A model generated the notes under the pieces. That model saw only the letters and a program-made list of their open reading frames with translations, did no database searches and was not told the origin of the DNA. 64,000 nt of DNA, from positions 62,001-126,000 of the forward strand of contig JAWMAR010001538.1 of assembly GCA_036785375.1 (NCBI GenBank). Direction: 5' to 3'. The stretch is from Leucoraja ocellata (Eukaryota). The position numbers and the translations under genes are program-made. Below are positions 52,945 through 64,000 of the stretch, in pieces; positions within the stretch are counted from its first letter, which is position 1, and every line of letters starts with the position of its first letter.

Positions 52945-53969
52945 AGCCCTGTCCCACTGTACGAGTTAATTCAAGAGTTTCCCCCGAGTTTGCCCCGATT
53001 CAAACTCGGAGATTTATGGTAATGGCCACTCGTAAGTACTCGGGGCTTTCGTGGACATGTTAGTCTTCCCGAGTACCTGCCGTTAGCGTTACGAGCCGCT
53101 AAAAGACATCCCAGCGCTCCGACACACCCGCTACGTTCATTCTACGTGCTTACCACGAGTTTGATTTTTTTTTTTTATATACTCTGGAGAATTAATGATA
53201 AAAATCTCGAAAGAAACATGAGGAAAGGTATTTGATATATATACATAAATGCTCAATTAATGCAAGACACAACTTAATTCAATTCAAAATACTACATAGA
53301 CTATATTATTCAAAAATTAGGCTGAATACATTTTATCCACCTATTTCTCCCATCTGTGATAAATGTCTTTCTCAAAATGCCAATATTACACATTCTTTTG
53401 TTTCCTGTATAAAACTTCATAAATTTTGGTGTGATAGTTTTGATATATTCACAAATCTATTCAAGACAAAAATGTAACCTAATATTGAAATGATTATATT
53501 TGGAGTAACGGGAGACGGGAACAAATTAAACATATGCCAAAATTCATTTTTTAATTATGGGTTAATAATAGCAAAAAAAATTAACGAGTTGGTCTCCATT
53601 TATTGACTTTTTGGATTCATGTGGTGCAACAGTATCGTAAAAAACAATTGTTTCAGGTCTGGGTGAAAGATGATCAACAATATAAAAACTCATCTCCTAT
53701 TGCCTATTTGCTAATCTCTCTCTTGCTCCTTTCTTACTTCTCTTCCTTACTATCTTTTTTTTATATACACACTACACATTTTTTCTACTCTACTATCTCT
53801 CTTTCTCATTTCTCTCTTTAAAATGAAGTTGTACAGAGAATGTATCAAGTCAACATATATTCGGCACCTGAAAAAAGGTACCACTGTATTGTACTTCTAA
53901 TAAATAAATTTAAAAAATCAAAAAAAATCGGGAGAGCACTTGAATGAACTCGTACTGTGGGACAGGGCT
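52945..53969. mobile_element. Harbinger-like MITE containing an L1/Tx1-like 3' fragment
   Basis: TIRs AGCCCTGTCCCAC(T/A)GTACGAGTT(A/C)ATTCAAG at both ends. Confidence 0.8.
53180..53920 (+). mobile_element. L1/Tx1-type LINE 3' end (zf-RVT region)
   Basis: LIQFKILHRLYYS..ICDKC..THSF.SC.KL..FW, followed by AATAAA and an A-rich tail. Confidence 0.75.
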
Positions 53970-55136
53970 CATTAGGAATGAGGGAGAGATAGATCAGCCA
54001 TGATTTAAAAGTGGACTTGATCGGCCGAATGCCTAATTCTGCTCCTGCTACTTTTGACCATGTGACTCAAAGATTCTGCTTCGTCTGCCCTGTCAAGGAA
54101 GTAAGTTTCAAAGACTCATGAGACCCTCTGTGAAAAGTTGCCTCATTGCCAACCAAACTGACCCCTGATCAACCCTTTCAGGATTTTATTTCAAACCTGG
54201 TCCTTTACACTCCAGAGGATACAAGCTTCCTTTGTACAATCTTTTTCGTAAGATTGATGGAACATAGACAGTGTAGCACAGGATCAGGCCCTTTGGCCTA
54301 CAATGATTGTGCCAAACATGATGCCTAGTTAATCTGATCTGCCTGGATGTGCATTCCTCTATTCCCTGCACTATCTAAATGCTGCTTAACCACCACTATT
54401 GTATCTGCCTCCATCGTTATCCCTGGCAATGCATTCCAGGCTCCCACCACTCTGTATATAGGGAAAAACTTGCCTTGCACATCTCCATTAAACTTCTCCC
54501 CCCCCCCCCCCCCCCCCCACCTTATTGCTGCGCCCTCTAGTGTTGGACATGTTTCCAAAGCCTCAACATCTTTCCTGTAATGGGGTGACCTGAAATGCTC
54601 ACGTTGCTCCAAATATTCAAGATATTAGTTGAGCTAATCTTCTCTAACCTGTTTCCAATGTATGTGTATCCATCTTTAAATAAGGAATCTGCTAGTGTGC
54701 ACAGTATTCCAAGGATCCACCCAAAGCTGTGTATAATTGAAGCATCAATTCAATGTGGTCCTCGCTCGGGACAACAGCTCGATTTGGCTCCTTCACAGCT
54801 TGATTCAGCCCATTCAGTAACTGAGTGGTAGAATCCCCACTGAACAGTTCCCATTGTCCTGTTGCTGCCCACGCTCCTCCCCACAGCAACTCCATCCCAC
54901 TGGCTGAATACCCTTGGTACTACAGCCAGCATTGGGCTTCTTCCTTTCAATTCCTCGGGGAACTCTTACGATGGGGAAAGCTGTCATTCTGCCTCCTATT
55001 GCCCTCGACTCTCACTCATCTGCCATTCTGCAGGTTGCTGACGACTGCAGGTATTCCCGATGTTCAAGCAGTTAAATTACTTGAAGAAAATGATCATCAA
55101 CATTTGCAGAATAACAAAGTTTAGTAACAAACCTGT

Positions 55137-55410
55137 GGGTGGCCACAGTGTTGCAGCGGTGGAGTTGCTGCCTTACAGCGCTCGCAGCCCTAGGGACCCA
55201 GGCTCGATCTCCCAGTGACCGCATGGGCTTTCTCCGAGATCTTTAGTTATCCTCCCACACTCAAGACGGACAGGTATATAGGTTAATTGGCTTGGTGTAT
55301 GTGTAAATTGTCCCTAGTGTGTAGGATAGTGTTATTGTGCGGGGATCGCTGGTCGGTGCGGATTCAGTGGGCTGAAGGACTGGTTTCGAAGATGTATCTC
55401 TAAACTAAAC
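55137..55410 (+). mobile_element. V-SINE (HE1-like)
   Basis: GCAGCGGTGGAGTTGCTGCCTTACAGCG..GGCTCGATC..GTAAATTGTCCCTAGTGTGTAGG..TCTCTAAACTAAAC. Confidence 0.8.
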
Positions 55411-57364
55411 CTCCTTAAAGATTAAAAAATGCATTTGGGTTTCCTAAAGATCAATTCGATTCTAAAGGCAAAATAAAAGCAGTCAATGCAAATTAAATTG
55501 AAATGTCCCATCTAGTGTGTTTACTAGAGTGGTGGGCAGAGGTGAAAGGTACAGGGGTTGCACTCCCCGTGGTTACACGGGAACATACCATGAGTGACTA
55601 GGAGGGAATGGGGAAAGTGTACCAAGGTGGCACAGAGGCAACAGTCTCTTTATAAAACTGATTTATTATTTACGAGATGCTTAAGATGGAATTTATAAAT
55701 TATCACATCTGAGTGTTTAGTCTAATGAAGGTTGCCAACCCTAAACATCACCTATGCACATTCTCCAGAATGCTGCCTGGCCTGCTGAGCTACTCCAGCA
55801 CTTTATTAAAAAAATAAAATAAATAAAAAAATAAAAAAATCAGCATCTGCAATTCCTTTGTTTCTGCCTTCTATGTATATTATTAATTACATTCCAAAAT
55901 AAAATAAAAACAGATACAAGGAAACAAGAAGTAAGCTAATAGAATTTATCAATTGACAATGTCCTATTTGCCTATATTTTTCCCTTGGCCAAGGTTCAGG
56001 CCAGTTTACGACTTGCCTTTCCACAGCTGGGAAGTCTGAACGACGGAAGTATAAATTCTTGAACGAACGTTTGCTTTCGTTGTCTCTGAAAGCTGTGATT
56101 GATCCAGTGCTGGAAAGCACACCATTTATCATTCTCAACGCCTGACAAGATTCCCATTCAGCTACTTTAATCATACTTGATTAATGATAACAGCTCAGAA
56201 TAACTGGTTTTCAATTGTCTGAAGTTGGCAAAATGTTTGTAAGAAGTTTGAACAAATGTCATTAATTGTGATGCGATGAATGTTTTCCCCAGAAATAATT
56301 GCAAGCCCTGTTTGATTTTGACACGACTGGGCCTTGGTACCCCTGAAGATGGCACCTGAACCAAAGTCTGGTCCCTGCTCGTTGTTGTTGATGTCTTGCC
56401 ATCTAATGAGGGTGGAACGTGTGTCCAAGACATTTGAAGCACAGCATTCCCACCAGTTTAGGTTCCCTGTACATCAAGCTGGGTCCTGTGATAGTTAGTG
56501 GGACAAAGTTATATAAACCAGAGGAATAGACTGCATTGGTCTAAACTCAGCCAAAACTGCCGGATCGTAGACCATTAAATATGGACCCAAAGCTAACAGC
56601 TCATTAAAAGGTTACCATCCTTAAAAAATCTCATGCTTTATTTATCTCTGGCAGTGAGCAGTTTTAAAACGTACAATGGGTCCGAGATGAATTTGCTACA
56701 TCTGTAACTTCTCTCTAATACTCTCTCCCTACTCTTGTTCTCCATCTTCCCACTTTGTGCTTCTATTGCTAGAAGCAGTTTGATCTCCATTTGTTTAGCC
56801 TATTCTACAAGGTGAAGTTGGGCTTTCATTAATAAGCCTATTACGCAAAAGTAGAGGAATAAGAACATAAAACATGGAAGCAAGCGTTGACCATCTGGTC
56901 CTTCGTGGCTGTTCTGCCGTTCACCTCTGATCTCTTGCTTCAGCGCCACTTTACTGCACTAACTCCATATCCCTCCATTTCCCCATTCATTTCCAAATTC
57001 TACCCCACCAAGAAGCCATAATATCTTTAAGATAAATGCAGAAAGTTAAGGTTTTTCAACATTAATACATGTACTATTCTGTAATGTTTTTTGCATCTTC
57101 AAGAATTTCAAATACAACAGGCAAATATAACAGGCATTTAATAATAGAAAGGAAATGCAGAAACAATCAGCAGGTCGGGCCACACCTGTGGGGGAAAGGC
57201 CGTAGCGTAATGTTTCAAGTTGGGTTCTGTATGGGTGCAAGAGGTAGCATCAATGCAGTCATTGAGGTACAGGAAAAATCATCGAGGGAGTAGCCTGAGG
57301 CTTGGCAAAATAAGAACTGAAATGAAAACAGCAAATGCTGTATACTAGATCAAGTGGCTTTGAC

Positions 57365-57970
57365 TCGTACACAACAGAGCAGGTCTTTCAGCTCAGTTTG
57401 CCCATGCTGACCAAGATGCCTCATTGACACTAGTCCCACATGCCTGCATTTGTCCCAAATCCCTCGAAACCTTTCCTATACATGTACCTGTCCAAAAGTC
57501 TTAAATGCTATAGTAAGTGGCTTAACTACATCATTGGGCAGCTCATTTCATATACCCATCAACACTGTGTGGGGAAAGGTTGCACCTTGGGTTCCTATTC
57601 AATCTTTCCCCTCTCACCATAAACCTATGCCCTCTACTTCTTGATATCCCCCACATATTCTAAAAGACTCTGGTCATTCATATCTATTCCCCTCATGATC
57701 TTGTACATTTTTATAAGATCACTCTTCATCCCCCTGCACTCTGAGGAATCGAGCCCTAACCTGCCCAACCTCTCCTCATAGCTCAGGCCCTCAAGTCCTG
57801 GCAACATCGTAGCAAATCTTCTTCTCTTCAATCTTTTCACTTTCACAACATCCTTCCTGCAGTGGTAGCGACCAAAACTGAATATGATCAAGTGTGGCCT
57901 CGACAATGACTTGTACAAATATAAAGTAACGTCCCAACATCAATTGTTCTCAACACCCTGACTAATGGAA
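57365..57970 (-). mobile_element. CR1 LINE 3' fragment
   Basis: YKSLSRPHL..MLPGLEGLSYEERLGRLGL. Confidence 0.85.
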
Positions 57971-60900
57971 AGAGAAATACGGGTGATGAAACCGTAAACA
58001 AGAGTTGAGTAATGGTCTTGGATCTGAAATATTCTTGTTACACAGAAATGTTGCCTTGTATGCTAAGTGTTTACAGAATATTCTCTATATTTCAGATTTC
58101 CAGCAACTACAGCGTTTTCAATTTTATTTTCTGAAATAAACTTGTTCCACATATCCCACAAAGGCATAACTTGACCCATGTAAGTTTCTGTAGCTACACC
58201 TTTGAGAGAGGATAGAGTTGGAGTTATTCAAAATGAGACCAGAACGTGATATTGGTTCATTTCTCTGTTTGTGGGCACAGTAAGACATGTCCTGCACTCA
58301 CAGCTTTTCCATTCCTTTGAATGTGTTCCTACTCTTCCTGTCCTTGTGTCATAGATTGGGATTATTGTCATGTGCACACGTTTGGCTTATTCTTGTGTGC
58401 ATTAGTACTTTATAACTTTTATGAACAAAGAACCATGTTCTCCTTTCCGAACCAATGGCATTAACCCATCTGACCAGATGACCTCTTACAGCTGAGCTCC
58501 AGGGTATCCTGACCGCATCCTTTCAGATACATCCCCCTTGTCCTATCCTTCCAAATTCAGACAAAGGCCCTTCAACATGAAACATTAACTCCTTTAACCT
58601 GCTGAGTGTTTCCAGCATTTTCTTTTTTTTGTGGGGGGGGGGGGGGGGGGGGGGGAATTTTCAACATCTGAAGATATTTGATTAACAATCATTTTACAGA
58701 GTAATGAGAATGTGGCAGATTATAGAAACATAGAAAATAGGTGCAGGAGTAGGCCATTCAGCCCTTCGAGCCTGCACCGCCATTCAATATGACCATGGCT
58801 GATCATTATAAAATATACGGTAGAATGGGAAGGGGATTTAATATATTTTAAGAATAAGGATAATTTTACTTCAATGGGAAGAGATGACATTTAATGAGAC
58901 GTAAGCAGATGATGAGACTATGATCTATTATTGGAATCCTGGGCCCAACACCAGCGGTGCTGTCGGGTACTACTGCACATCTGCAATACCGAGAATAGTT
59001 TAGTATCTTCTCAGACATTACATTACTCACGAAATATGACAGACATGGCTGAAGCTTCAATTCACACTGTGCTGTAAAGACAAGCGGGCTACTGAGCTAA
59101 GCAGGGAAGCGCACACACAGTACCAGCAATAAAGCTTTACTTCTGCCGGTATGATTTTGTACTTTAGTCCAAGGGATCCATTGAAGATCAACATGTATGT
59201 AGTACAGTTAGTCGTGTGCAAAAATGGCATGCCCTTGCATGTGTCATGAGCTCGCTTTGGTCATTGTTGCTTGTCGTCAATAAAAACCTGCCACATGTTT
59301 TGAGGCTCCTGCTGCCTCCTAGATATTGTTTAATGCCGCGATCACCAACAGTAACTCGTGGCCCACCTCCCATTACAATTCTCTATTTGTTTTAAACATT
59401 TGATTGATCTGTTCTACAGAACCTGAGCTCACAAACTAGATGACATACTGTAAGGTCAGGCGCGACTTGATTCTGGGGCAGTTTGTGATGATGTTTTTGT
59501 TGGTCTCTAATGAGCTGCACACTGCAAAAGTGGAGGGTCAATCTGTGCTTCTCGTTATCTGTGTGCCCAGATTGGGGCATTGTTGAATGTTTGATCAAGA
59601 TGCTGAGGGACTGGTTTGTTTACTCGTCTCTCCTTTCCCTTTCCCTTTCACCACATTCTCTGCCTATCTCTATCTCTCCCCCCCTGCCTCTGATTATCAG
59701 TAAGTCTCTCTCTCTTCCTCCCTTCTCGGTCTCGCCATAGCCTCTGACCCTGCGTCTGTCTCTCTCACTGTATTGTCTGTCTGCCTCTATCCACGTCCCT
59801 TTCCCATTCATTCTTCAAAGGAAGGGCCTTTGTATAATATCTCCTTCACTAGGGTACAAATCCCATATTACAGCAACACGGCATGAATTGTAAATGTCAG
59901 ACCTTTCGCGGCTCTGGCCTGTCTTCCTATTAATGTGGTTCACAGTGTAATGCAAGTCATCCTTAGGCAGAAGTTCATTACACACAATCCTTGGGCCCTA
60001 ACAGGGATCCCTGCATAAACATTATAATTAAAAAATAAATAATGAGTGAAGCATGTGACCTCATTCAGTAACAACAGGCTGTCAAAGCCTGAAAAATCTG
60101 CTCCGGGTAACTGCATGTGGATTACACGGAGACTCTTAGATTGCAATTATAAGGAGAAAAATCTTTATTTGAGGAACTTTTGAGTAATGTTTTGTAACGA
60201 GGATATAATGAGCGGAACAATCATGTTCTCTAGTGGACCGGCAGCAAGGAGCTCAGCTGCAAAATGTGCTGGTTTGGCAGTAACAATATGACAAGAATTG
60301 CAGGAAAGAGGTGGAAGCCATTCAGCCCCGCAATCATGTTCCTTTGTCAGCTGATGAATAAATAGTCTTGCTTAGTAAAATTCTACAATCTCTGCTTTAA
60401 CAGCGTGAGCTCAGCGTGCACCTCTAGCTCTCCATGGACAATAACTGCAAGTTTCTACAGTTGAGTTGTGAAGAAGCAGCATCCTCTAACTCAGTCTTGG
60501 GTCCTACTCCAAAGCCATACCCGGAACAATGGGTCCTTATTGAGAAATGTGATGAGTGTAGATAGAACAGGACGGCGCAAGAACAGGCCCTTCAGCCCAC
60601 AATGTCTACGCTGAACATGATACTAAGTTAAAGTTTGTTATGATCAGCCATGATCATATTGAATGGCGGTGCAGGCTTGAAGGGCCAAATGGCCTACTCC
60701 TGCACCTGTTTTCTATGTTTCTAAACTAGCTGCATGTGATTCATATCTCTCAATTCCTGGCATAACCATGTACCTATCTAAAAGCCTCTTAAATTCCCTT
60801 TATAATACCTGTCTCATTCACCTCCCATAACAGGATGTGCTGGGCACCTACCACACTGTTTAAAAAAAAAAAACACAGCCTGCCCTGAATTTGGCTGCTT

Positions 60901-63682
60901 TCATCTTAAAGCTATACCCGCTAGTTTTTGATAATTCCATAATGGGGAATAGGTTACAACTGTATACCCCGCATATGCCTCATAATTCCTCTAGACAATC
61001 TCTAGTGTATATCCACAGACAGAGGATGAAAGTGAATTAGGAAACGTATTGCAAAGCTTGAGTTACGGCAATCGGTTGTTCTTGCTGTCTTGATCCCTCT
61101 ATGTTCATCCAGAGGACAAAATATAGAAAGAATGATTTGGATTTATATACTACCTTTCAGATTGTTCAGATGCCCCTGAGCTCTCTGTAGCGAATTAAAT
61201 ATATCATTGCGAGATGGTTACTCATGCACGCAAATCCAGCAAACAATTTAAGTATAGCATGACATACAAATCTTGCTTTTATTCTGTGATGTGATAAAGA
61301 AATAAAAAACATGTAATTGACTCCCTTTAAGAGCCCAGGAAAAGCTTTGTGTTAATATTATTAAATAGCTTGCATGCCTTAGTGCAGCACCGCCACTTCC
61401 CTGCATCAAAGTAGTGTCGCGATCTTGCACGCGAGGATCTGAAATTAAAATATCACTTCTGACCCCATGGTGAAAGAGATACTACTTAATGATTTACAGC
61501 TGACAATATGAATGTTGAAGGAGTGGGAAGATAGATAGAGAGAACTTCCAGTTCCTTGCACAGATGGAGCAGGAGATGCTAATTCCAAATCGAGGGTATG
61601 CAGATGAGTACTGGGTACCAGCAGAATTGGGGGAAAAAACATAGAGGAGCCATGCTGTTGGTAAACAACACAAGGAGGCATGCTGGACAGGCAGAGATTA
61701 GGTGCCGGAGAAGCCGATTGTTCTGTTCCTTACCGAGTTGAGTGAGAGAGATCTAGTAAACACATTCCCAGAGATTGAGTATCAATTGAGATTCAATATT
61801 GAAAGTAATCACAAATAGTCAAGCAGAAGCAGCAAAATGATGTAACTCTTTGGTGACACATTTAGTAGTGAAGGGTGTGGCACAGTTAGCAATGGGGTAT
61901 GTCTAAAGAAGGGTCCCAACCAGAGACGTTGTCCACCCATTCCCTCCACAGATACTGCTTGACCCGTTACACTAGCACCTTGTATTTTGCTCAAGACGCC
62001 AGCATCAGCGATTCCTTAGCTTTCCATCTGTTGTGGATGCATCTTTCCATGTCAACACAGGTTGAAGGGACCCACTGTACACTGTACACGGCACCTTTGT
62101 TCTAGCCTCAAGAGATTCCTCTGGCTGCTCTATCCAGAGCTGAGGCACTTTTCCTCTACTGAAGAAATTGCCTCTCTGGTCCCTCTTAAATCTCTTGCCT
62201 CCAACCTTAAGCCTCTACCCTCTAATTTTAGAATTATTTTCTTTGGGTGGAAAAGACAGAGTATTCACTTCATCCATGCCCCTCGTGATTTTATATACTT
62301 CAATAAGGTCACCCCCTCAGCCTCGTACACCAATTACCCACTACCGATGTCCTGCTCACTGGCCTGTAGTTCCTTGGCTTGTCCTTGCCGTCCCTCCTCA
62401 ATAACTCCGCGACATGAGCCAGTCTTCTGGAACTCCACCTGTGGGTAAAGATAATGCAAATATCTCTGCAGGGGCATCTGCAATTTTTTTCCCAGGATCC
62501 AACAAAGCACTTGATCAGGTCCTGGGGATTTTTCCACCTTAATGCACTTTCAAACCACCAGTACCTCCTCTTTGGTCATTTGTATATGGTAGATGAAATA
62601 ACGGCACGAATTATGGTAACTGATCAAAAGGCCTTCGCTGGGATTTAGTTTCAACCAAGACTAGGAATCAAATATTCTCCAGGTCTTCACTTTCAAAGAA
62701 GATCAGTAGAACGGGAAATGAGATTGAGTACAATTGATCATAAAGTCTGAGATAACCATGTTGGCGATGAAGGATTTGTGCTCAGGAAACCAGGAGGAAG
62801 AATCAATTTGAAACGAGCAGCAAATTAACAAAGAGCAAAAGAAAGAGACGATGAAAGCTCATAGGCCCTCAAGTAATCCTGATGTTTGACGAAGTATAAA
62901 TCAAGAAATTAGAGAAACACAGAGCAAGAGTAATGCAATAATGCTGGAGGCTTCAATCTTCATGGTGACTGGGCAAACTAACTTTACAACAGCAACTTAG
63001 AGAATGAGCTCATGCCAAGGAACCCAGTAGGTAACGGATAATTGTTCCAATGTAGTATTGTGCATTGAGACATGATTAATTAGTAATAACAATGGCTCCT
63101 CTGGGAAAATCAGTCATAATATGATAAGTTTTATATTAGGTTTAAGAGATATGTCATTGACCCTGAAATGAGGGTCTTAAATTGAAACAAAGTTAATTAC
63201 AGTGGGTATGGAAGGCAATTTGCTGAGGAAGATTGGGAAATTAGATTCAAAGTTATGAGTGCAGGTAAGCAAAGCCAAATATTTAAAGAACTAATTCATA
63301 ATTTTGCAGGGATGTACGTTCCCTTGAGGCCTCTGGAGAAGAGATAGAACCTTGGCAAACTGGAGAATTGAAATATTAGATTAGGAGTTTGCAATTAAAG
63401 ATTTAAAAATGAGCAAAGATTCATCAGAAACTTGTCAGACTGTAAAACTAACAAGAATAATGAAAAAAAATTACAGTAACTTTTAAACAGGAATTGATTA
63501 AAGATTGAACGGGGAAGTTATAATGCGAGGGTGTAAGGAAATTAAACTTATATTTACACTAGTCTGTCTACGGAATACAAGATCCAAAGAAAATCAGAAA
63601 ATCTGGGTAACTCTGGTCTGAGTGAGTGTTCTCTATTTAATGTTGGTAATGGGGAATTTAAAAGCTCATGTTCTGTATATAA

Positions 63683-64000
63683 AGGGCCGGTCCCATGAGC
63701 ATGCGACATGCATGCGGCAAGCGCGACCAAACTGGAAGCGGGGGCCGGGCGGAGGTCGAGTGAGTGACGTGAAGTTCGAGCGAAGTCGGCGGGAAGTTCG
63801 CACGTGACGTACGGCGTCAAGACGCTGCGTACGGCGTCGAGACACTGCGCACGCCGGTCGAGGCGGTGCATACGGCGTTGAGGCGACTGCGTGCCGGCAG
63901 GCCGTTGGCGCGTGGAATTTTTGAACACGGTCAGTTTTTCAGAGCCCCGCGCGATGTCGGGACCAGCTTCGCACAACTCCATACGGCCCCGGCGATCGAA
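63683..64000. mobile_element. Harbinger-type MITE, same family as 7662-8084 in opposite orientation, truncated by the window edge
   Basis: TAA followed by AGGGCCGGTCCCATGAGCATGCGAC; interior is the reverse complement of about 7780-8000. Confidence 0.85.

Overview
Vertebrate genomic DNA, most likely from an elasmobranch (skate, ray or shark; inferred from the HE1-type V-SINEs and the CR1 and Penelope repeat content). I can support only one protein-coding gene: a two-exon C1q-like gene on the minus strand, best matching C1QL1 (CDS 27174-26593 + 24598-24419, 253 aa), with a TATA promoter in a CpG island. The rest is dominated by repeats: CR1, L2, RTE, L1/Tx1 and Rex1-like LINE fragments, two Penelope (RT + GIY-YIG) copies, many Penelope-derived short elements carrying a minimal hammerhead-ribozyme motif, Harbinger-type MITEs, and an LTR remnant with a tRNA-Leu PBS. 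The most notable observations are: (1) an in-frame AUU start candidate that would add 30 aa to the C1QL1 N-terminus; (2) hammerhead-bearing mini-elements, often palindromic, with 10-19 bp target duplications, several of which contain captured sequence, including a 38-nt copy of C1QL exon 2; (3) several local templated or inverted duplications. All calls come from reading the sequence and recalling family motifs; no searches were run, and repeat boundaries are approximate.
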